Made by a program: the position numbers and the translations under genes
The notes under the pieces: model-generated
Told to the model about the DNA's origin: nothing
Databases searched by the model: none
The model's input: only the letters and a program-made list of their open reading frames with translations
Source of the DNA: Eledone cirrhosa
Lineage: Eukaryota
DNA: 64,000 nucleotides
Assembly (NCBI GenBank): GCA_964016885.1
Contig: OZ024755.1
Location: 35,836,001 to 35,900,000 of the forward strand
Reading direction: 5' to 3'
In this document: positions 1 through 12,469 of the stretch, piece after piece
Layout of the letters: each line of letters opens with the position of its first letter
Position numbering within the stretch: position 1 is the first letter of the stretch

Positions 1-18
1 TATATACACATATGCATA

Positions 19-66
<48 letters not shown>

Positions 67-87
67 TATGCATATGTGTATATATAT

Positions 88-1413
88 AGCTCACTTGAGC
101 AGAGGAGCTCACTAGAGCAGTGGTTGTCTTGAGCAGAGGAGCTCACTAGAGCAGAGACTGTCTTGAGCAGAGGAGCTCACTAGAGCAGTGGTTGTCTTGA
201 GCAGAGGAGCTCACTAGAGCAGTGGCTGTCTTGAGCAGAGGAGCTCACTAGAGCAGAGACTGTCTTGAGCAGAGGAGCTCACTAGAGCAGTGGTTGTCTT
301 GAGCAGAGGAGCTCACTAGAGCAGAGACTGTCTTGAGCAGAGGAGCTCACTAGAGCAGTGGCTGTCTTGAGCAGAGGAGCTCACTAGAGCAGTGGTTGTC
401 TTGAGCAGAGGAGCTCACTAGAGCAGAGACTGTCTTGAGCAGAGGAGCTCACTAGAGCAGAGACTGTCTTGAGCAGAGGAGCTCACTAGAGCAGTGGCTG
501 TCTTGAGCAGAGGAGCTCACTAGAGCAGAGACTGTCTTGAGCAGAGGAGCTCACTAGAGCAGTGGTTGTCTTGAGCAGAGGAGCTCACTAGAGCAGAGAC
601 TGTCTTGAGCAGAGGAGCTCACTAGAGCAGTGGCTGTCTTGAGCAGAGGAGCTCACTAGAGCAGTGGTTGTCTTGAGCAGAGGAGCTCACTAGAGCAGTG
701 GCTGTCTTGAGCAGAGGAGCTCACTAGAGCAGAGGCTGTCTTGAGCAGAGGAGCTCACTAGAGCAGTGGTTGTCTTAAGCAGAGGAGCTCACTAGTGCAG
801 AGGTTGTCTTGAGCAGAGACTGTCTTGAGCAGAGGAGCTCACTAGAGCAGTGGTTGTCTTAAGCAGAGGAGCTCACTAGAGCAGTGGTTGTCTTAAGCAG
901 AGGAGCTCACTAGTGCAGAGGCTGTCTTGAGCAGAGACTGTCTTGAGCAGAGGAGCTCACTAGAGCAGTGGTTGTCTTAAGCAGAGGAGCTCACTAGAGC
1001 AGTGGTTGTCTTAAGCAGAGGAGCTCACTAGTGCAGAGGCTGTCTTGAGCAGAGACTGTCTTGAGCAGAGGAGCTCACTAGAGCAGTGGTTGTCTTAAGC
1101 AGAGGAGCTCACTAGAGCAGTGGTTGTCTTGAGCAGAGGAGCTCACTAGAGCAGTGGCTGTCTTGAGCAGAGGAGCTCACTAGAGCAGTGGCTGTCTTGA
1201 GCAGAGACTGTCTTGAGCAGAGGAGCTCACTAGAGCAGTGGTTGTCTTGAGCAGAGGAGCTCACTAGAGCAGTGGTTGTCTTGAGCAGAGGAGCTCACTA
1301 GAGCAGTGGTTTCTTGAGCAGAGGAGCTCACTAGAGCAGTGGCTGTCTTAAGCAGATAGTCTTGGGCAGAGGAGTTCACTACAGCAGACGTTGTCTTGAG
1401 CAGAGACTGTCTT
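88..1413. repeat. 34-bp minisatellite (GAGCAGAGGAGCTCACTAGAGCAGTGGTTGTCTT), about 39 units
   Basis: Tandem unit read directly; two GAGCAG-initiated subunits of 18 and 16 bp; degenerates at the right end. Confidence 0.95.
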
Positions 1414-2347
1414 AGGTTTTCTACGTCATTGTTTGTTGTTGTTGTGTTCTTGTCATTGTAGTTATAGTGTTGTGATTGGTATAGTTTTGTTGTTGTTGCT
1501 GTCATTGTAGTGTTGTTTTTGTGATTGTAGTTATAGTGTTGTCGTAGTTATAGTGTTGTTGTTGTTGTCGTAGTTTTTTTTTTGCTGTCATTGATGTAGT
1601 TTCCTTGCTGTCATTGTAGTTTTAGAGTTGTTGTTGTTGTTGTCATTGTTGTTGTTCCCATTTCTTACTTTGTGTCTCTCCAAAAACAAGATCATCTAGG
1701 ACAGAACAAAGGAGGGACACAGAATAAGAAATCAGTCACTGAGGAGGTCACAGAATGTGTCGCAAAAGAGGTTCGATAATATATAAGCCATCCAGGTATA
1801 TTGAACCAACCAACCGGAAATTTATAATAAATTGAAGTGAAAAGCAATAGGTTGTTGTTATTGGCAGCATGACCCTCCCAAAGTATAACAAGGAATATAT
1901 AATATAATATATTATGTAAATAAATATAGTGTAGGTGATTCAGTGAATTACCGGTGGTGGTACCAAAATAAATAAGCACTCGGTGCACAGTCAGGATGTA
2001 TACATATATATGTAAATGAGGCTGCTGTTAGGAAGGGCATCCAGCTGTAGAAATCAAGTTCTGTATGAGCAAGACATGGTCACCCGACCTGACATTGCCC
2101 ACAACAGGACAACCTATGCTAGCATGGAAGAATGAACATAAAACGGTGATGATGATGATGATGATATATATATATATATATATATGTAGATATATATATA
2201 TGTGTATATATAACTAACTATATATATATATATAAGAAAGTTTGACGTGTTGGACTTAAGCCCTTCTTCAGGAGTATAAAATAGAGACAGGGTCACAATG
2301 GAGAAAGAGAAAGAATTTCAGTAAAGACACAAAAAAATACAAATATA

Positions 2348-2527
2348 TCATCATCATCATCATCATCATCATCATCGTTTAACGTCCATGTTCCACGCTT
2401 GCATGGGTTTGAACGGGAGTTTTCCCACTTGAGGCAAGAGTGGTTGTCTTGCTCGCATAGGACTGTCTGGCGGGTTTTCTACGGCTGGATGCCCTTCCTA
2501 ACACCAACCACATTTACAGTGTGGCCA
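2348..2527 (-). mobile_element. RTE-family 3' end fragment with (GAT)n tail
   Basis: Matches the 3' UTR of the RTE at 52771-53125 (GGTTGGTGTTAGGAAGGGCATCCAG...GGACGTTAAACGATGATG). Confidence 0.75.
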
Positions 2528-2700
2528 CATTTATTTTTTTGTGTCTTTACTGAAATTCTTTCTGTTTCTCCATTGTGAACCTGTCTCTATTTTGTACTCC
2601 TGAAGAAGGGCTTAAGTCCAGCACGTCAAACTTTCTTTCCTCTTTCAAATATAAAGCGTGAAACTAATAAGACTTTTTGTACCTGTTTGTTGTCTCCTTG

Positions 2701-2738
<38 letters not shown>

Positions 2739-3075
2739 AACAACGAACAGCAGAGGACACGTTTCGCACTTTTCCGACAGACAACCTTTCCCCCACCCCC
2801 GGAAAAAAAACCCAGTTGATGGATGTGAATCCGAAATATATAGGGACAATTAAATCTCTCCCAAGGTAACTCTTTCTCGTGTTGTTATTTTTATTTTTAT
2901 CCTTTACGCTCTTTGCTTCATTCCTCTACACGTTACAGTCTTCTACATGCCACGCATCTCAACGTACACCCACTTACATCTCTCTCTCCCACCACCGGAT
3001 CTTGTTACCCGGAGATTTACCCATCTGCATTGTCGAGGCTTCCAAATGACTTAAAGAAATTTACCATATATATAT

Positions 3076-3416
3076 ATGGCTTAGTGGTTAGAGCATTGGC
3101 CTTGCAATCGAAAGGTTGTGAGTTCAATTCTCAGACCGGGTGATGTGTTGTTTCCTTGAGCAAGACACTTTATTTCACATTGCTCCAGTTTACTCAGCTG
3201 TAGAAATGAGATGATAGGGACTGGGGTCCCTATCATTCCACTGCAAAGTGGTTGTGGAGGTGCCACGGCAAAAAAGCACCCAGCACTCACTCTAAATGAG
3301 GTTGGTGTTAGGAAGGGCATCCAGCTGTAGAAATCAAGTTAGAATCAGTTCCCGTCCCACCCTTGCAAGCAGGGAAAAGCGGACTTAAAATGATGATGAT
3401 GATGATGATGATGATG
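3076..3416 (+). mobile_element. tRNA-derived CORE-type SINE with RTE-derived tail
   Basis: A box TGGCTTAGTGG, B box GAGTTCAATTC, central GTGTTG..CCTTGAGCAAGACACTTTATTTCAC, tail shared with RTE, (GAT)n end; near-identical to 26651 and 27234 copies. Confidence 0.85.
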
Positions 3417-4820
3417 AAAACTCTCTCATTAGGAAACTATTGTTTGGAGCATATCTTAACCCTTTTATCATTGTATTTCAAGTATTTTTGAAAATAATGA
3501 AAAATTAGGAGGAATTGAATAAAATAACATTTCAATTTAGAACATAATGTTTAGAAAATTATTTAACAAACATTTCTAAAATCAAATTATGAAATATTTT
3601 ACTTATAAGGATAAACATTTAAAAATAAGCAGTTTTGTAACATAAATCCAGCTAACTTTGGCAGGATTTGAACTCAGATCGTAAAGGGCCGTAACTCCAT
3701 GCCATAAAGTATGTTGTCAGATGCTCCACCGATACTGCCAATTCACCACCCCTTATATAATATTATGTTGAAAAGTTCTAAGCAAAGTATAAATCATGTC
3801 AATTCCATGCTAGCATGGAAAAAAAATGATGTTATATAGTGATGATGATAAATACTTTAAAATAAACAGTTTTGTATCCTTTAACTAAGGGTGGTTTCAG
3901 GTTGTTTAGTATCAAAAGGATAAACTAATGTTTGCCTATGAGGGAAAATAATTTTTTTAAAACTTTTCAAAAGCACTTTCCTTTAAAATGAAAAAGGCTA
4001 CACCCTGTAAGTAGTTATCAAATAAAGTTTTATAAAATAAAAGAACTAATAATGTTTTTTCTATTTTCCAAAGCAATTACAAGGAATGCTAATAATAAGA
4101 TGAGTCAAATGTAATTTTCTATTGATGAAAAGAATAAATGAATATCATAATTAGTCACCCTAATTACACCTCTACCAGTATACATTGGCTAAATTTAAAA
4201 TATTCCCCAGATTTTTCTCATATCTTACTGGAAATATATTATTTATTTTCTACCTCCGTCTCACTACTTCTTGCTTAAATTTATCTAAGATACTTCAAAA
4301 TTGTTAGTAAACCTATTGTGATTATTACTTTAGTAATAGTGTATTACATCTCTTTCTTACACACACACTTACTCACATATATACATATACCTCAGTTAAA
4401 CTAGTCACTACATCGCAATATACAAACAGTTCAGTTATCGGAGTTATGTATGTAGAAAATTGAATCTATTAACTAAAAATAGATATAGCTAACAGGAATA
4501 GAACATTATTTCACATAGTAAAAGAAGACAATTTCAAATGATTTGAATTGTGAAATTGGCATATTAAACCAAAACTAGAGTCAGAATTTTAGTTTTATCA
4601 ACTTACAATGTGGGAAGAAAAAAACAGAAAAAAAAAAAAAAAATCCAATCTAACGCTGAGTAATCTTAATATTCAGGTAAAATGTAAACATGATTTTTAA
4701 ACCAACCATATCTGGCCAGAATTGTTTCACCTCTTTCTGTTCAAGCTGGCTGTAACTAGCCACTCATTCTGATGTTAAGGTATTGTTCTCAAAATAAATA
4801 TCAAAACTAACATGGTTTAA

Positions 4821-5031
4821 CCCTTTAGCATTTAAACCAGCCATATCTGGCCAGAATTCTCTCGCCTCTTTCTTTTCAAACTGGCCCCTCATACTGATGT
4901 TAAGGTATTGTTCTCAAAATAAATAATATCAAAATCTCATAAATTTGATATTATGTGAGATAATTATGTGAGGTAAAGGCTTTACCACAAAAATACAATA
5001 GTAAATATAGAGTAATGTAAATGATGAAGGT
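4821..5031 (-). mobile_element. piggyBac-like TTAA MITE, monomer (partial copy just upstream at about 4697-4810)
   Basis: TTAA|CCCTTTAGCATTT ... ATGATGAAGGT|TTAA; contains one copy of the 72-bp satellite unit in reverse orientation. Confidence 0.8.
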
Positions 5032-5258
5032 TTAAAGTGGTATTTCATTCAATGTGCCGAGATAACTCATCCCAACATGTTTAAACTCCATTCCAACAGT
5101 TCATAACTCCAAAGATATGAACTCGATTCTAAAAGTTCACAAATTCTAAGCTAGATGGGGTTACTAGTTTATTGACGTGATGTTTGTCAACCATTGAGAT
5201 ATGTGTTGTTAATAAATGTTTGTTTAAAAAAAATAGTCATTTTACTGAAGAAAAAGCC

Positions 5259-8200
5259 CAGCACAGCAACTGTAGATGTGTAAAATAAACATGGCAGTCA
5301 CCACAGCAACTGTAGCTGTGTAAAATATACATGGCAGTCACCACAGCAACTGTAGCTGTGTAAAATATACATGGCAGTCAATACAGCAACTGTAGCTGTG
5401 TAAAATATAAACAGTAGTCAACACAGCAACTGTATCTGTGTAAAATATACATGGCAGTCAACACAGCAACTGTAACTGTGTAAAATATACATGGCAGTCA
5501 ACACAGCAACTGTAGCTGTGTAAAATATACACAGCAGTCAATACAGCAACTGTAGCTGTGTAAAATATACGCAGCAGTCAACACAGCAACTGTATCTGTG
5601 TAAAATATACGCAGCAGTCAACACAGCAACTGTAGCTGTGTAAAATATACGCAGCAGTCAACACAGCAACTGTATCTGTGTAAAATATACACAGTAGTTA
5701 ACACAGCAACTGTATCTGTGTAAAATATACATGGCAGTCAACACAGCAACTGTAACTGTGTAAAATATACATGGCAGTCAACACAGCAACTGTAGCTGTG
5801 TAAAATATACACAGCAGTCAATACAGCAACTGTAGCTGTGTAAAATATACACAGCAGTCAATACAGCAACTGTAGCTGTGTAAAATATACGCAGCAGTCA
5901 ACACAGCAACTGTATCTGTGTAAAATATACGCAGCAGTCAACACAGCAACTGTAGCTGTGTAAAATATACGCAGCAGTCAACACAGCAACTGTATCTGTG
6001 TAAAATATACACAGTAGTTAACACAGCAACTGTATCTGTGTAAAATATACATGGCAGTCAATACAGCAACTGTAGCTGTGTAAAATATACGCAGCAGTCA
6101 ACACAGCAACTGTATCTGTGTAAAATATACGCAACAGTCAATACAGCAACTGTATCTGTGTAAAATATCCGCAGCAGTCAACACAGCAACTGAAGCTGTG
6201 TAAAATATATGCAACAGTCAACACAGCAACTGTAGATGTGTAAAATATACGCAGTGGTCAATACAGCAACTGTAGCTGTGTAAAATATACGCAGCAGTCA
6301 ACACAGCAACTGTATCTGTGTAAAATATACACAGTAGTCAACACAGCAGCTGTATCTGTGTAAAATATACGCAGCAGTCAGCACAGCGACTGTAAATGTG
6401 TAAAATATACGCAGCAGTCAACACAGCAACTGTAGCTGTGTAAAATATACGCAGCAGTCAACACAGCAACTGTATCTGTGTAAAATATACACAGTAGTCA
6501 CCACAGCAACTGCAGCTGTGTAAAATATACGCAACAGTCAACACAGCAACTGTAGATGTGTAAAATATACGCAGCAGTCAACACAGCAACTGTAGGTGTG
6601 TAAAATATACATGGCAGTCAATACAGCAACTGTAGCTGTATAAAATATACGCAGCAGTCAACACAGCAACTGAAGCTGTGTAAAATATACGCAACAGTCA
6701 ACACAGCAACTGTAGCTGTGTAAAATATACATGGCAGTCAACACAGCAACTGTAGCTGTGTAAAATATACACAGCAGTCAATACAGCAACTGTAGCTGTG
6801 TAAAATATACGCAGCAGTCAACACAGCAACTGTATCTGTGTAAAATATACGCAGCAGTCAACACAGCAACTGTAGCTGTGTAAAATATACGCAGCAGTCA
6901 ACACAGCAACTGTATCTGTGTAAAATATACACAGTAGTTAACACAGCAACTGTATCTGTGTAAAATATACATGGCAGTCAACACAGCAACTGTAACTGTG
7001 TAAAATATACATGGCAGTCAACACAGCAACTGTAGCTGTGTAAAATATACACAGCAGTCAATACAGCAACTGTAGCTGTGTAAAATATACACAGCAGTCA
7101 ATACAGCAACTGTAGCTGTGTAAAATATACGCAGCAGTCAACACAGCAACTGTATCTGTGTAAAATATACGCAGCAGTCAACACAGCAACTGTAGCTGTG
7201 TAAAATATACGCAGCAGTCAACACAGCAACTGTATCTGTGTAAAATATACACAGTAGTTAACACAGCAACTGTATCTGTGTAAAATATACATGGCAGTCA
7301 ATACAGCAACTGTAGCTGTGTAAAATATACGCAGCAGTCAACACAGCAACTGTATCTGTGTAAAATATACGCAACAGTCAATACAGCAACTGTATCTGTG
7401 TAAAATATCCGCAGCAGTCAACACAGCAACTGAAGCTGTGTAAAATATATGCAACAGTCAACACAGCAACTGTAGATGTGTAAAATATACGCAGTGGTCA
7501 ATACAGCAACTGTAGCTGTGTAAAATATACGCAGCAGTCAACACAGCAACTGTATCTGTGTAAAATATACACAGTAGTCAACACAGCAGCTGTATCTGTG
7601 TAAAATATACGCAGCAGTCAGCACAGCGACTGTAAATGTGTAAAATATACGCAGCAGTCAACACAGCAACTGTAGCTGTGTAAAATATACGCAGCAGTCA
7701 ACACAGCAACTGTATCTGTGTAAAATATACACAGTAGTCACCACAGCAACTGCAGCTGTGTAAAATATACGCAACAGTCAACACAGCAACTGTAGATGTG
7801 TAAAATATACGCAGCAGTCAACACAGCAACTGTAGGTGTGTAAAATATACATGGCAGTCAATACAGCAACTGTAGCTGTATAAAATATACGCAGCAGTCA
7901 ACACAGCAACTGAAGCTGTGTAAAATATACGCAACAGTCAACACAGCAACTGTAGCTGTGTAAAATATACGCAGCAGTCAACACAGCAACTGTAGGTGTG
8001 TAAAATATACATGGCAGTCAACACAGCAACTGTAGATGTGTAAAATATACACAGCAGTCAACACAGCAACTGAAGCTGTGTAAAATATACGCAGCAGTCA
8101 ACACAGCAACTGTAGCTGTGTAAAATATACATGGCAGTCAACACAGCAACTGTAGATGTGTAAAATATACACAGCAGTCAATACAGCAACTGTAGCTGTA

Positions 8201-8585
8201 TAAAATATACGCAGCAGTCAACACAGCAACTGTAGCTGTGTAAAATATATGCAGCAGTCAACACAGCAACTGTATCTGTGTAAAATATACACAGTAGTCA
8301 ACACAGCAACTGTATCTGTGTAAAATATACGCAGCAGTCAGCACAGCAACTGTAGATGTGTAAAATATACGCAGTGGTCACCACAGCAACTGCAGCTGTG
8401 TAAAATATACATGGCAGTCAACACAGCAACTGTAGATGTGTAAAATATACGCAGTGGTCACCACAGCAACTGCAGCTGTGTAAAATATACATGGCAGTCA
8501 GCACAGCAACTGTAGATGTGTAAACTATACGCAGTGGTCACCACAGCAACTGCAGCTGTGTAAAATATACACGGCAGTTAACGGG
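5259..8585. repeat. 40-bp minisatellite (ACACAGCAACTGTAGCTGTGTAAAATATACGCAGCAGTCA), about 83 units
   Basis: Tandem unit read directly; ends in GGCAGTTAACGGG|TTAA. Confidence 0.97.
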
Positions 8586-8823
8586 TTAAACACACAGATA
8601 CATACAAATGATGGGCTTTCAGAGTTTCTATCAAGCAAATCCACTCCCAAGGCATCGGTCTGTCTGAGGCTATAGCAAAAGACACTTGCCTGAGATGCCA
8701 CACAGAAACAACAAATCTAGAACTACATGCTTTAGAAGTGAACCTCTAAACCACGCAGTAATGTTATATAAGATATATCGAATACTACCACTATGAACAA
8801 CATACTGATATTATTAATAGCAT

Positions 8824-9012
8824 GGCGGTGGATTGGCAGTATCGGTAGAGGGTCGGACGCCGTGTTTTGACGCATAGAGTTACGGCCCTTTCCATTCTGA
8901 GTTCAAATCCCGCCACGGTTAACTTTGCCTTTCATCCTTATGGGCTCGATAGGATGAAGTACCAGTAATACACTGGGATAATTGCTGGCCTTGTGCCTAA
9001 AGAAGAAACAAT
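8824..9012 (+). mobile_element. ~190-bp tRNA-derived SINE (Nin/Deu-domain-like)
   Basis: TGGCAGTATCGG A box, GAGTTCAAATCC B box, CTTTGCCTTTCATCC..GGGGTCGATAAA-like core; ATTATTAATAG repeated at 8810 and 9011. Confidence 0.8.
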
Positions 9013-9024
9013 TATTAATAGTAA

Positions 9025-9211
9025 TAATTGTTTCTACTTTAGGCACAAGGCCAGCAATTACCCAGTGCATTACTGGTACTTTATTTTATCGACCCCGTAA
9101 GGATGAAAGGCAAAGTTAACCGTGGCGGGATTTGAACTCAGATCGTAAAGGGACGTAACTATGCTGGAAAACATGGCGTCCGACTCTCCACCGATACTGC
9201 CAATCCACCGC
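9025..9211 (-). mobile_element. Same ~190-bp SINE, inverted
   Basis: Reverse-complement homology to 8824-9012. Confidence 0.8.
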
Positions 9212-10193
9212 TCTGTATTTATTATTATTATTAATAGTAATAATAGTTTACCACATTTTAGCGAGGAACGGGAAGGGGGGTGGAATTTTTTTTTTTTTTT
9301 TTTTTTTCTTCTTTTAATTATCCCCAATAATCATTGAAAACTATATTTCATTTCTTTTGAGATTCAAAATAAACAATTCAAACACAACTCCGAACATAGT
9401 TTTTACATGATCACAAAAATACACATGTACAGCTGTTTATGTTGTAGTTTTAATAAAATATCTAAAAAAAAATATGTCTCCGAAAATTAAGTTTACAGGA
9501 GAAAATAGATTACACGAAAATGTTTCTCAATGTGCAAAGGAAGACAAAGATATTATTGTTATTTTTATATATTTTTTTTAAACATTGGATTAAAAATAAA
9601 CAACACAAGCAAAATCATTAATAACTGCTTTGAATTGCTATCTCTCTCTCTCTCTCTCCACCCCTTTTCAGTTATACTCGCTCACACAATTCTAGAAAAT
9701 AGGCAAAAAACTCACTTTTGTTTATTAAATTACTATTATAATATAACATCTTTTTGTGTTTTTTGTTTTGTTTAAATTAAATTGAAACCCCCCACCCACC
9801 CACCCCTAACATGCAATGAATTTCAAAGAAAATTTCATTACAAAATTTAATAAATTTTCCCCCTACGCCAACTCTCTTGTAGACATTTTCTAATATATAT
9901 ATATATATTTTTATTTTTATTTTTTGGAGGGTGGGGGTGCGGGGGGGGGGGGGGGGGGGGTGATTGTTATATTTATTTTTGTAAAGAAAATGAAATATAA
10001 TCAATCCAGTCAGTGTCAGTATAGGACAATTATTTTAGCAGACTACATTCAGTTCAACGTTCAGTACATATAGCTGTTAAGTATTGAACTAGAAATTATA
10101 GAGTAACTTTACTTCTCCCTCACTGCCTGATCTTCTGCACGCTATTATATTTAACAGTTCCCATCCCACCCTTGCAAGCAGGGAAAAGTGGAC

Positions 10194-10224
<31 letters not shown>

Positions 10225-10312
10225 GCATAAAATTCACAATAACATCAGTAATGAATGTTTTAGGGCCATTTTCCTTGCTTCAAGCAGTTGTTAAGCCTTA
10301 TGGATCTCTCAA

Positions 10313-12258
10313 CCCTTTAACATTTACTCTATATATACTATTGTATTTTTATGGTAAAGGCTTTACCTCACATAATACCTCATAACATTTACATTACTCT
10401 ATATATACTCTTGTATTTTCACAGTAAAGGCTTTACCTCACATAATATCACACATAACATTTACATTACTCTATATATACTCTTGTATTTTCACAGTAAA
10501 GGCTTTACCTCACATAATATCTCCCATAACATTTACATTACTTTATATATACTATTGTATTTTTATGGTAAAGGCTTTACCTCACATAATATCTCACATA
10601 ACATTTATATTACTCTATATATACTATTGTATTTTCACAGTAAAGACTTTACCTCACATAATATCTCACATAACATTTACATTACTCTATATATACTATT
10701 GTATTTTTATGGTAAAGGCTTTACCTCACATAATATCTCACATAACATTTACATTACTCTATATATACTATTGTATTTTTATGGTAAAGGCTTTACCTCA
10801 CATAATATCTCACATAACATTTACATTACTCTATATATACTGTTGTATTTTCACAGTAAAGGCTTTACCTCACATAATATCTCACATAACATTTACATTA
10901 CTCTATATATACTATTGTATTTTCACAGTAAAGACTTTACCTCACATAATATCTCACATAACATTTACATTACTCTATATATACTATTGTATTTTCACAG
11001 TAAAGGCTTTACCTCACATAATATCTCACATAACATTTACATTACTCTATATATACTATTGTATTTTCACAGTAAAGGCTTTACCTCACATAATATCTCA
11101 CATAACATTTACATTACTCTATATATACTATTGTATTTTTATGGTAAAGGCTTTACCTCACATAATATCTCCCATAACATTTACATTACTCTATATATAC
11201 TATTGTATTTTTATGGTAAAGGCTTTACCTCACATAATATCTCCCATAACATTTACATTACTCTATATATACTATTGTATTTTCACAGTAAAGTCTTTAC
11301 CTCACATAATATCTCACATAACATTTACATTACTCTATATATACTATTGTATTTTCACAGTAAAGGCTTTACCTCACATAATATCTCCCATAACATTTAC
11401 ATTACTCTCTATATACTATTGTATTTTCACAGTAAAGGCTTTACCTCACATAATATCTCCCATAACATTTACATTACTCTATATATACTATTGTATTTTT
11501 ATGGTAAAGGCTTTACCTCACATAATACCTCACATAACATTTACGTTACTCTATATATACTATTGTATTTTCGCAGTAAAGGCTTTACCTCACATAATAC
11601 CTCACATAACATTTACATTACTCTATATATACTATTGTATTTTCACAGTAAAGTCTTTACCTCACATAATATCTCACATAACATTTACATTACTCTATAT
11701 ATACTATTGTATTTTCACAGTAAAGGCTTTACCTCACATAATACCTCACATAACATTTACATTACTCTATATATACTATTGTATTTTTATGGTAAAGGCT
11801 TTACCTCACATAATATCTCACATAACATTTACATTACTCTATATATACCATTGTATTTTCACAGTAAAGGCTTTACCTCACATAATATCTCACATAACAT
11901 TTACATTACTCTCTATATACTATTGTATTTTCACAGTAAAGGCTTTACCTCACATAATATCTCATAACATTTACATTACTCTCTATATACTATTGTATTT
12001 TCACAGTAAAGGCTTTACCTCACATAATATCTCACATAACATTTACATTACTCTATATATACTATTGTATTTTCACAGTAAAGGCTTTACCTCACATAAT
12101 ATCTCACATAACATTTACATTACTCTCTATATACTATTGTATTTTCACAGTAAAGGCTTTACCTCACATAATATCTCACATAACATTTACATTACTCTAT
12201 ATATACTATTGTATTTTCACAGTAAAGGCTTTACCTCACATAATATCTCACATAACAT
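10313..12258 (+). repeat. 72-bp MITE-derived minisatellite, block 1 (about 27 units), beginning at the MITE terminus
   Basis: Unit CATAACATTTACATTACTCTATATATACTATTGTATTTTCACAGTAAAGGCTTTACCTCACATAATATCTCA; array opens with TCAA|CCCTTTAACATTT. Confidence 0.95.
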
Positions 12259-12469
12259 CTCGTATACGAGAGACGTGTGTTGACGTGTGTGAACAAGCTC
12301 GGCTACCGAGTCGGATTTACTTACTCAAAAAGTGAGTTTTGATTAATTTTTTTATACTGTAATATACGTTAACCCCTTGCCTTGGTCGTCAAACTTTGAG
12401 TTTATTTATTTTCGCCCCTTTTTGGGGCGAATTTTCCAGTTAAAAATTTATTACGGCAAACTAATAGAA

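Noticed and set aside
2750-2790. CGAAACGTGTC on the minus strand, and CTGAGGA at about 52149, as further hammerheads
   Set aside because: Each has only half of the catalytic core
3456-3924. Another TTAA|CCCTTT-bounded element
   Set aside because: Right end too degenerate (AAAAGGATAAA) to call
5259-8585. CRISPR-like appearance of the regular arrays (also 88-1413 and 31941-38346)
   Set aside because: No unique spacers, no cas genes, eukaryotic context
10351-12283. 500+ aa ORFs over the 72-bp array (also 17885-19214, 24816-26437 and 57.6-58.7 kb)
   Set aside because: The unit is a multiple of 3 and stop-free in two frames by chance; it derives from a non-coding MITE, and frameshifting deletions are tolerated
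12369-12380. TTAACCCCTTG in the LINE 5' UTR resembling a MITE end
   Set aside because: Similarity stops after about 8 nt and no partner end exists
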